A stretch of 64,000 bases of DNA from Eledone cirrhosa (taxonomy: Eukaryota), in contig OZ024741.1 in the NCBI GenBank assembly GCA_964016885.1, positions 240,002,001 to 240,066,000 on the forward strand. The letters are read 5' to 3'. A program made the position numbers and the translations under genes. A model generated the notes under the pieces. The model had not been told where the DNA came from. It worked only from the letters and a program-made list of their open reading frames with translations, and did no database searches. This document shows positions 38,638 through 50,188 of the stretch, piece by piece; the first letter of the stretch is position 1, and each line of letters begins with the position of its first letter.

Positions 38638-38932
38638 TCCTGTGTCAGTGTTGAACACTGACAAAGATTGTTGCTAAACATTGTACGGCTTAATTCGGAC
38701 TGTTTGTTTGTTTACAAACAAACAAACCGAGCATTATAATAAGTCTTCGGTAAACCGATACGTGCATGTATGTATAAATATACATACTACTGTACGTCTG
38801 TATACATATATGTATGTACGTATACATCCATACATACTTTCTTTAAAAAACGTCTACATCTAAAATAATGTTATAATAAAATATAGTTTTTAACTAATGT
38901 TATAATAAAATATAACCAAAGAAGTTATTAAC

Positions 38933-39098
38933 CTGATATTCCTGGTAATTCTTCATAATGTTTCATATCACCTTCATTCAATACACGTCTACTACTTCTT
39001 TTAGATGACATTGTATCTGATGTATAGTTACAAACCATAGGAGGATTATCTTCAACAGCATCATCACTTGATGTCACCACAACAGGTTGACAATATTT
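38933..39098 (-). CDS. Pcdh: G5 cytoplasmic exon (YEEL variant)
   Basis: CAG acceptor, 166 nt. Confidence 0.85.
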
Positions 39099-39281
39099 CT
39101 GTTGACAAATAAACCAAGAGAAATGTGAGGAGACATCAAACAATCCTAGTTACAATAAACATGTAGTATACAATTTAATATTGGACTATATTATTGAAGA
39201 TAAAACATCGTTAAAATAATCTTATTGTTTATCTTTTACATATAAAGTAAAGATAGAAAATATGTTAATCTTTTCACTTAC

Positions 39282-41657
39282 TGGGGTAGGTTTTGGTAAA
39301 GTTCTTGACTGAACTGAAGCTTCATATTTATTCTGTAGCTGACCTTCTGAATAACATTCACTCTTTGATCTCTCAGAATATATATTTCTTTTTATCATCT
39401 CTTCTGTATTCCTTGACATAGCAACAGGATTGTTAGACTGATACAACAATTGTTTCATCTCTGTTCTACCTTGGTATGCTGTAGTCTTTGTTGTAGTAGC
39501 TGTGTTATCTCTGTGTTTAATACATTTCATTATACACAGTGTTATAGAAACAACAATAGCCACTGATACTATTACTGCTGATGATACAATGATAATAACC
39601 CATGTCATATGGACTCTACCTGAAGATTGTAAAGGTACACTTTTCAACATTGGTGATGTCTCATTACTAACAGCCAATACCAAAGTCACACTAGTTGTTG
39701 ATGACTGAACTGGACTACCACTGTCTTTTACAACAAACTTTAGTTCATAACTTCCAGCATCATTTAGATAAACTTGTCTGGAGAAGGATAAAGCACCACT
39801 GTGTGAGTTCATAGTAAACAACTGTTTATTATTTCCTTGTATGATTCCATATGTGAGGAAAGCATTGTTTCCACTGTCACCATCAGATGCTCTCAAAACT
39901 GTGATGTCACTCTTACTCTGGGGATGGTAGTGGACATTTAGGGTGTAAGGGTTAACACTAGGAAAGGTGAAATAGGGAACATTGTCATTTTGATCTAAAA
40001 TCTCAACAACAACATTGGCTGTGTCATTCAGAGATGGATTTCCATTATCTTTGACAAAAACTTCAAATTTATACACATCTTGTTTCTCTCTGTCTAATGA
40101 CATGGTGGCTGAAATAAAGCCATAACTGGTGATCAGAAATGGTAGATTTGATTTTTCTTTATGTATCAGAGAATATGTGAGTTGTCCAGCAGATCCAAGG
40201 TCAGGGTCAGTGGCATTGACAAAACCAATAGGGAAGTCTTTATCTTTGTTTTCATAGGTTAGAAATTGGAATGTATCTTTGGTAAACTGTGGTTGTACAT
40301 CATTAATATCAGTCACTTGGATAGAGAGAGTTTTAACACTTTTAAGAGGAGGTAATCCTTTATCTTGACATGAGACAGGAATGTTATAGTGTCCTTGTGT
40401 TTCTCTGTCTACTGGTTTGTTTAGAACTATTTTATATTCTTTAGATCCCATTGACTGTAGTTTGAATGTATCATGTTTGATATCACAGCTGATCTCTCCA
40501 TTTTGTCCAACATCATTGTCAGAGACCATCACATAAGCAATGAAACTACCAACTTTAATATCTTCAGAAATGGTAGCTGTGTGGTCATTGATAGCAGAAA
40601 CATAATCTATATCAATAGATGGAGGGTTGTTGTGTTGGTTGATAACATTTACTAGAACTGTTGCTATAGAACTGTGAGGTGGACTGCCTCCATCCCTGGC
40701 CTCAATAAACAGCTCATAGGTTTTCTTTTTTCCTAAACTTGAATATTTACTTAAGAAAATATTTCCAGTAGTTTTGTTTAACTGGAAGTAATCTTTTGCC
40801 AGATATGATGTCTTTGGGCTGAAATGGAAAGTAATTTTACCATTTTCACCAGAATCAGAATCTGTTACAGATAAAACAATGATAGGTTTAGATTTGTGAT
40901 GTGTACTTTGTATCGATATATTATATAGAGGTTTAGAAAATACTGGTGGGTTGTCATTCACATCTATTATAGAGATATTTATATTTAAAATACCTTGTTT
41001 TGATGGTGAACCTCCATCTTTAGCTATGACCTGTAGTAAATATGTATCTTTGATTTCTCTGTCTAATGATTCTTTTAAAACTATTTTAAGAGAAGAAATA
41101 CCATCTGCTCTTTTTGTTACTGACAGAGAGAATGGTTCGCCATTCTTGGATTTTAATTTATATTGTATTAATGAGTTCTGAAAACCTACATCTTTGTCTA
41201 TAGCATTTGGTATTGTTTGTTTTGCACCTTTAGCAATATTCTCAGATAACTGTATATCAATTTTCTTCATAAGAAACTGTGGCTCATGGTCATTGATGTC
41301 TTGTATAATTATTTTGATTTTTATTATCTTTGTAACACTTGTTCCTTTATTCACAACAACCTTCACAGTTCTAGAACATTCTTTGTTAAATGTACAGAGT
41401 TTCTCTGCATCCAGTGTCTGAGCAGTGTACAGTTTACCTGATTTGGTGATATTAAATAATTGTGCCACCTTTCGTTTAAATTGACTGAATGTTATCAATT
41501 GTTGGTCAGATGGTTTAACATTGTCTAAAAGTTTAGAATCAGCAGCAATGTCTGCTACATATGTTCCTGGACTTCTCTCTTCTTCCACATGGTAGGTAAG
41601 GTCTATGGTCAGAACACAGTGGACCATTGATAATACAATAGACAATGACAATAACAT
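39282..41657 (-). CDS. Pcdh: G5 protocadherin large exon (792 codons; true ATG at 41657)
   Basis: Intact ORF, 6 EC + TM; acceptor tttcag ends at 41707. Confidence 0.95.
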
Positions 41658-42462
41658 ATTGTTGTTGGTACTGGTTAAAGATGGCCAGATATCTTGAGGA
41701 TTGAACCTGAAACAAAAACATTTTATCAATTACTATCATTTTATTTCAATATAGTTTAAAATACATAAAAGTATATCATCTCTGATATATATGAGTAAAA
41801 CTTTCTAGATGAAAATATCTGGAAACAATTATCTTGAAGAAAAACCTAAAGATAGACTATCCTTACTTTTTAGAATGTTTAGTATAAAAAAAAAAGACAA
41901 GACAATTTATTGCACATAATGTATAAAGTGAGTTTAAACCCGAGATATTAGCTGAGTTTCTGTTAAAAAGAAAAGCTAATTTTCAAAATAATAAGGAATC
42001 TTTTGATCAGATTTCGCTCACATTGTTGTGGTGTTTTGTAAATTCAAAATAAATCTTCTCTTTGAAAGGAATATGACATAACATGCAGCTTTCTATATAA
42101 CTAAACTGGCTAGAAGTCAATGGGATATTTGTAAAGTGTTGCTAGCTGCAGCTAAGTGGACTATAACACACACACATTAGTACCTACTTAGAGCTAGACA
42201 TACTGTATCACACTGGGGTATCTATTTACAGCAATGAGTACTGTACCCAACCATGGTATTGTGGTCCTTACATAGAGCTACATGAACTCTAGCTCACCAT
42301 GTAGGTGTTCTTTACCCATTGTTGTATCTACTTTTAGTAAGGTGAAGTTTACCTCGCCATGACACCTCATCCATATGGGCTATTGCCCACCTGTCACCTA
42401 CAGATTAAATTGATTGCATGCCATTGTAGTACCTAACAACTTGGCAGATTGTAATTCAATAT

Positions 42463-43166
42463 CATCATCATCATCATCATATCTTGTCGCGACAGTGCCA
42501 TATCCATTGAAGTGCAGTGTCGTTTGCTTCCATCAGGTCTTGGTCGGAGCATGTGGGTCCCAGTGAGCACCCATGGAGGAGGTGGGCTATGGTCTGGGAG
42601 GTCTTGCTGCAGGGGCACTCAGCGCAGGTGGCCAATCCCCACTTGTGGAGGTTGTCTCCAGTTTTGCCCATTTTGGCTCTGGCCCTGTTTAGGGTTACCC
42701 AGTCCTTTCTGCTAAGAGATGTTCCATTGGGAAGGCTTTCATTTGTGCTTGGTAAGGCCGCGTCGGGTGGGCGGCGGTCACTCTCCCTCCACCTTTCCAA
42801 CCTGTAAGCCGCCGATTGTGCATGCTCCAGGCTTTCCACGGTAAAGAAGCTTTTTAGAGATTTTAATCGTCTTCTTATTTCCTGGTGGCCATAGAGTGGA
42901 TGCCTGGGATTGTGTTGTTGTTTGTACCGTTTAGTTTTTGCATTGACCTCTCGTCGTATGTGGGGTGGTGGAATGCCGGCAAGAGTGTATATGGCTGGAA
43001 GGGGAGTTGCTTATAATGTTCCGGTGATCATCTGGCATGATTTGTTCAACCTGTGGTGCCCCTGTTAATCCGAAAGGAGACCGAATATTACAACACGCGC
43101 AACGCTGTACCCAACACCTAGGGGTGGTAAAAGGATAAACCCTCAGCCCCTAGTCACGAAGATGCA
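42463..43166 (-). mobile_element. Non-autonomous Ingi/Vingi-like non-LTR element
   Basis: C-terminal LAGIPPPHIRR...WVTLNRAR...KWG..CxC..QTIAH..C motifs, (GAT)n tail, 10-bp TSD AATTCAATAT at 42453 and 43167. Confidence 0.75.
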
Positions 43167-44287
43167 AATTCAATATATTACCTAACTGTAACTTATTGTA
43201 ACTGTACCATCTTGTGATACCTACTTAAATGCTTGTAGGCAGTAATTCAGTGGTACCTACTTACAGCTAGGCTGTATATATATGTCACTGTGACATATAA
43301 TTAGAACCACATGATTCATACTTCAGGGTTGTCTACATACAACAATATAGACTGTACTTCACAGTGTTACTTAATCACAGCTAGATGGACTGTTGATGTG
43401 GTTTAACTCCAGGTCAGCCCTGATTGTAGATACCTGTTATCAAAATTATTCAAGTTTGTGATGACTGTCATTCTATCAGATAGCATATCTAAAACCATAT
43501 TATCCAATGTTACTTTCCCTTTTTTAAGGCAGTAAGGTGTAGTTTAAGGAAGATTTTCTAACTATTTCTTTTAAGTTGCAAGACTGAGGTACATACAACT
43601 AAGTGAGTATGGTATTATGGACACGAAAAAATAACAGCAAAGCATGGATGTCAGTCTATGATGTATTGCACTTTCAATTGATTATCTGGTCCTTTATTGA
43701 CTATGCCAATTTATACTATGTTTTACCAATTTGTGTTAGAGAAATGTTCAAATGATATCCTACTTTCAATAATTCTTTGTTTATACTAAAGATGGCCCTA
43801 ATGTCTTTTCTAATTAACACAACTTTTTTGTTAGATATCTTAACAACAGATACACAGCAACTGTTAACCTTATGTAGTTCATTTTAAATGATTACACAAT
43901 ACAAACATTGTTATTTTCCAGGGTGATACATATAACATGAAATATATTACAGTTGATAGCATGGCTAGTTTATACAGAGAGTGTTATAATACAACTTCAT
44001 AAATATTTTAATCATCTTTATTATTGGAATATGTAATTATGTACTGATGCATACTAAAGTTTAAGGGCATGAAGTATTAAGAAAGATTTCTTCCACTGGA
44101 TAACGCAACAATCTATAGCATGAGCAGATTTGATCCCATCACAGCAATGCAACAAAATTCTTAACAATTCCACAGTAGCCCTTTAATGTCTACATAATTA
44201 TGATGGTCTTCATTAAATATTTTATTCAGATTTCAATGAATGTTAAACAAATGAAAGAGCAATTCATCTTTTTAGTAATCATATTAT

Positions 44288-44507
44288 AAAAGAGTCATGT
44301 TTTTACATTAAAATACACATAAAATCTGTTAACTTCACTTTACATTTATTTCCTGGGGTCAAAATGTTAATTGCCCTGTTCATGGAACTGTGTCGATGAC
44401 CAGGTTGCAAACAGTGTGATGAAAATTTGGAAGCCAGAAAATAAATAAATGTAAAGTGAAGTTAATAGCTTTTGTGTGATATTTTGAATGGCTAAAATGA
44501 CTCTTCC
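44288..44507. mobile_element. Foldback/MITE-like inverted repeat
   Basis: Arms TTAACTTCACTTTACATTTATTT / AAATAAATGTAAAGTGAAGTTAA with weaker outward pairing. Confidence 0.5.
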
Positions 44508-47024
44508 ATGATGTAATTGCTTTAGATCTGAGACACATGTCTCAGATCAAGTCACTTGCCAGATAAATACAACTCCAGAATTCATTTTATTTTATCTGAT
44601 TCATAAGAATTGATAGGTGTAGTCATTAATTCTGATTACTGTAGTGTAAAGTGGATGAGAGACATTGATTTCCTCCTTGATAACATGATGATCTGATGTA
44701 ACTAATCCTTTCTATGGGTGGAATTGAAATCAACCCTTCAAGCCAATAATTAACTCATCAGCTTGATATCATTGCCATTGCTTATAACAGTGACTTAAGC
44801 CACATGCATCTAGCTGGTGAAAAGTACCACAAACTTCTAATGAAAGACACTGCTTAGGATTTTCAAATTTGGAGGGATTTATTAATATAAGTTAACTTTC
44901 TCATTATCAAGTTTGTGTTTAGAACAAAGTTCTTAAATAAAATTATGATGGAAGGGTTTTAGATAAATATAAACACTTTAAAACCAGGGGCAGTTTCAGA
45001 TAGTTTGCTATCAAAGGGGTTGCAGAAGAAATTACAGGAGAGGTGCCATAAAATAATTCAAAGTAATGAAGAAATGTGTATCTTAATTAACAATTCATTG
45101 CTTCTAAAAAGTTCTTTAAACTAACATTTTTTCTCTCAATTCAATAGTTCAAATAAGAAATAAGACTTTTAGAACAGATTTTGCTAATTTTCTCATCCTA
45201 ATTACATCACTTTGTCGCTAATCTGTAGATATTTTTCTTTCTTTCTAAGAACTACACTGCTTTAGAAATGCCTTCTGGTATTTAGCAAAGTTCTAATTCT
45301 ATAGAGATAATATCAACCACATCAGATTCATAGAAATATCATTAAAAAAATATTATTATATGTTAATTATTCAGAGATATTTTATACACATAGAATCAAT
45401 GTTTTACTTCAGTTAATCCATTGCCCCTTGTATTTCTTCATACCTAAGATTTTAACTCCCTCAAATTTCAAAACAGTTCTGTAGAACATTTATCATGGAA
45501 GTTCTTAAAAGCTGATTGTTATATAAAAGGTAAACTGCTGTACTTTGTCATTAGTAAATATAGAAATAATGGTCTAACCACTCTAGAAACCTTTGCCGAG
45601 TGAAAGCCTTTATCATTCATACTTCCAATGTTATTGTAAATCTATTGATGTTTACTATCTAAATGTAAAATTTTGAGATTTAGACATAACTATAGCACAT
45701 GCCACTGACTGGGCTAAAGAACATAAATCATATCTGTAAAAATGGTAATGCCTTAATCCTTAAGAGTTCTGTAATCATTTAAAGGAACCAAAGAAAAACT
45801 AATAACTTCTGTAGATAAACTTAGGAGTAGAACATGAAGAAACGCCATATATTTTAAAAGTGTTATCAAGTCTCTCTATATGAACGTTTATAACATCACT
45901 GTTTTATAGTAGGAGTGTATTGTGTATTTAATATATGAACCTCTCAAATTAGATGGATGGAAAAAGTATAAAGAGAAATTTGGTGTTTCAAAATGTTGGT
46001 AAGAAACAGAGATAAATTTATCATTTAGGTTAAAGCAATGGTTCAGAGAAGCCAGCAAGTTTTAAAGAACAGAGATAGTAGTAGTTAATATAAATTTACC
46101 AAAAACATAGAGATACAGAATATCACAAATATATAGAAAGTTAAAGAGATAGATTTGTAGTTCTCAATTTAAATTTTATAAATCATATACATTTCAAATT
46201 AATTTAATCATTCACAATAAATGTTAAAGAAAGATTAACTACTAAGTATTGGGAAATTTGAAAATTTTATACAGAAATTATATAGAAAATTATAGAAAGA
46301 GGAAGACATGTTGAAATAATTATATTTCACTACGACTTACATAAATTTCAGAAATAAACATACTGTATAAATATATTTTATAAACAAACATACAATATAT
46401 ATATATTGTCTATATTTTCATAACAGCAAAAAGTGCTAGTGCTTTTCATTTTATTGTCTTATACAATATGCCATTATTGTGACAATTGTAAATCGTAATA
46501 TGTCTGCCGTTATCCCTAACCCAAATCTATAACACACCATTATCTCATCATTAACGACAATAAACACACTAACCATATTTAAATACCTTCTAAAATATTT
46601 ATTTATATTTTATACCAAACATCTTAACATAACTTTCCTATACCATCTACTATACAGATGCAACATTACATTTTACTTACAACAAAAAACAAACATTACA
46701 GTACAACAATACACCATCAAATGTTCTCAATTGTTAGAGATCAATATATGTAACAAATATAATATAGACACAGATAATATAGCTTCTATGGAATAAAGTC
46801 TAAATAGGAAACATTTTAACCAGCATCATCTAATTGTGATATAAAACAATATGGACAATACTAATGAAAAATATGTCTGAAAAATATGTCTGAAAAATAT
46901 GTCTGAATTATTGTTCAATCTCTTTGTTCTCAAGTAAATATTAAATATGTTAGAAGAATATCTTACAGATTTACTGATATTTAGTATATAAAATGAGATT
47001 ATAAAAGATTAAATAGAAACTTAC

Positions 47025-47460
47025 CTCTTTAATAATTATATCATTGGTTATTCAGTGAGAACAGAAAGATGTATTGTAGAAAGCTCCATTGTAAGTGCTG
47101 CTGTAATGGTGTGTGATAATGGCTGTATGTTGATGGAGTAGTGTAGCACGTCAGGCAGATAGTCTGCTGCTAGGATAGGGTTGTGTGTGTTATTGAAGTT
47201 GTATGTTTGTGACAGTACATCCCTCTAATAATATTGTGGATGTATTTATCCTTAATTATGAAGTGTATTTACTGTTATCAAAAAGTATTTACATATATTT
47301 AAATAGCTACAATATTCTATAGTTAAACATAACATAAATGTTTGGTTTAATAACATCAGTAATGTGAATGTTTCTCTTTGTTAATGATTCTGTCTATGTT
47401 TTAGTGAGAATCTGATTGGTTGAATGACCTAAACAGAAGACCAATGACAGATGTTCCCCT
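47025..47460 (-). promoter_or_regulatory. Promoter/leader exon module for G5
   Basis: Conserved block; ATTGG 47415, CCAAT 47441; donor at 47024. Confidence 0.65.
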
Positions 47461-47966
47461 AATATTGATTTCTTTTGGTAGCACAGAGGGTCTCATATAT
47501 AGGGAAAGAAGAAAGAGATGGTGTGACAGTCATGCCTTTCCCCAAAATTATTCATACCATAAGATACACATTTTTAATATTACTACTAAGACATGTGGAA
47601 AATGTTTTCTAACACAGAAATAAACATTTGGTATTTTTACATACCACCTTAAATAGAATTACATAAATCCTTTAAAGAATGTTAAACTATAGAAAATGTC
47701 CTGAATTAATTCATCTCATTACATATAGTAATATTTATAAAACATATAATAATTTTTCAATCAAGGTAAACTTAACAAATAGAAACAGGTCTATAGCTAC
47801 TTATAGGACACATTCATCATTTAATAAGGCTTTCCTGTTTTTGATAGTGTAGATTGTGGCAAAGGCTATTTAATATAGAATGTGTGTTTGCATGTTCATA
47901 TGTATATTTTAGTCAATATTTTATATTTGCATTGAGAAAGGAAGTTATATTATTGCACTAATATAA

Positions 47967-48043
47967 TTATACATGTTTCACTGGTGTTTCTTCACTGGAA
48001 TCTTTTGATGTAGATGTATCGTTGTTTTTATACATATTTTGAT
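47967..48043 (-). CDS. Pcdh: G6 last coding exon
   Basis: Same 77-nt exon, ttccag acceptor. Confidence 0.75.
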
Positions 48044-48223
48044 CTGGAATTTTGGAACAGAATATAGTTTAACAAAATTATCAAAATGATCATTTATTGA
48101 ACAAAATTAAGATATCACAAAAAAAAAAAAAAAGGGTTCATATATACTTTGATCTGAAATTTAGATACAAAATATATTTTTATAGAATATTGGATATGAC
48201 TTTTTGTTCTTTAATTAGACAAA

Positions 48224-49693
48224 ATGCACAAGGAGGGCTCAGTCCTTGGGCCCCTCCTGTTTATTATTGCCCTCCAGGCTATAACGGAGGAGTTTGGGAC
48301 CGGCTACCCGTGGGAGCTTCTATACGCAGATGATCTGATGCTCATAGCTGAGTTAGTGGCTGAGCTGGAGAAGGAATTCCAAACATGGAAGCATGGCCTG
48401 GAATCAAAAGGCCTTAAAATTAACTTGTCTAAGACTAGAGTTCTAATATGTAGGAAGGAAAATAGGGCACTGGTCCCATCTGGGAAATGGCCATGCTCGG
48501 TGTGTAGGGCGGGGAGTAGGTAGAAGCTCTGTTTTATGTCCCAAATGCAAAGTATGGGTGCATATGAGATGTGGTGGGATCACAGGTAAGCTAACTAAGA
48601 ATATAGATTTTATATGTGGTCGGTGCTCAGGTGCAATAAGTAGCAGCAAATGCCCACAGAATACTAGCGCAATCCATTGCCCAGCTGGTTCTATAGAAGT
48701 GGTGGACACCTTCCGTTACCTGGGTGATAGAATCAGCAGTGGTGGAGGGTGCTCTGAAAGTACAGTAGCTAGAGTCAGAACGGGATGGAAAAGGTTCAGA
48801 GAGCACATACCACTATTGGCCGCTAAAGGTTTCTCTCTAAAAATGAAAGGCAGGCTGTATGATGCCTGCGTACGAACAGCGGTGTTGCATGGCAGTGAGA
48901 CATGGGCATTGTGTGCAGAGGATCTACGTGGACTGGAGAGGAACGGGGCTTGCATGCTCTGTTGGATGTGTAATGGTATTGTGCATGAGCGGCAAAGCAT
49001 GGATGGACTAAGTGAGAAATTAGGAATAAGAGGGATCAGATGCTGTTTACTCGAGAGAGGACTACGTTGGTGTGGTCACGTGGTGCGCATGAGGGACGGC
49101 AGCTGTATGAAGAAGTGTAGGGCGATCAAAATAGACAGTAGCTATGGAGTGGGGAAACCCAGAAAAACCTGGGACGACTTGATAAATTCCGACCTCACAC
49201 ACTTACACCTCTCCAAGACAATGTCACTGGACCGAGATCTTTGGCGCTACGCAGTAATACAGAGGCCCCGCCTTGCCTAAGTACAAAGCGAAACCTGGGA
49301 CGGGGGTGTATTTTGGTTAAGAGGTGCCTACAGTCAGTAGGCACCTCTTAACCAAAATACACCCCCGTCCCACAACTCCTACCCCCACCCCTTTTGATGT
49401 AAAGTTATGTTGGTACCACAACATCCAGTCCTAAATAAATGAGGTCGCGTAAGTGGCATGACAAAAAAAACACAGTCCACGCTGTAATGTGACCGTGTAG
49501 GTAACACGGTAAAAACCTCCCAGTCCACACTGTAAACGTGGTTGGTGTTAGGAAGGGCATCCAGCCGTAGAAAAGCCGCCAGACAGTCCTATACGTGCAA
49601 GACAACCAATCTTGTCTCAAGTGGGACAATCCCCGTCCAAACCCATGCTAGCGTGGAAGATGGACGTTAAACGATGATGATGATGATAATGAT
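48224..49693 (+). mobile_element. 5'-truncated RTE-like LINE, same family as 36974-38273
   Basis: GSVLGPLLF, LLYADDL RT motifs, HGSETW, (GAT)n tail. Confidence 0.92.
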
Positions 49694-49841
49694 ACTAAAG
49701 AGTATGTTTCGACTGCAGGGCTTCTAAGAATCTAACGGGCACATGAGAAAATCAACAACTATTTAATGTCAGAATTTTCAGAAATAAATAAATATATTTC
49801 ATATGGTATCAAAGTAAAATATTGCCAAAGTAGTTATTAAC

Positions 49842-50007
49842 CTGATATTCCTGGTATTTCTTCATAATGTTTCATATCACCTTCATTCAATACACGTCTA
49901 CAACTTCTCTTAGATGACATTGTATCTGATGTATAGTTACAAACTATAGGAGGATTATCTTCCACAGCATCATCACTTGATGTCACCACAACAGGTTGAC
50001 AATATTT
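49842..50007 (-). CDS. Pcdh: G6 cytoplasmic exon
   Basis: CAG acceptor, 166 nt. Confidence 0.85.
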
Positions 50008-50188
50008 CTGTTGACAAACAAACCAAGAAAAATGTGAGGAGACATCAAACAATGCTAGTTACAATAAACATGTAGTTTACAATTTAATATTGGACTATAT
50101 TATTGAAGATAAAACATTGTTAAAATAATCTTATTGTTTATCTTTTACATATAGAGTGAAGAAAAAATATGTTAATATTTTCACTTAC

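Larger units (their letters stand above)
36401..38840. mobile_element. ~446-bp retrozyme/Penelope-pLTR-like repeat: two tandem units plus one inverted partial unit, interrupted by an RTE
   Basis: Unit 1 36401-36846, unit 2 36847-38506 (split by LINE), inverted copy 38506-38840; each carries a hammerhead core. Confidence 0.7.
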
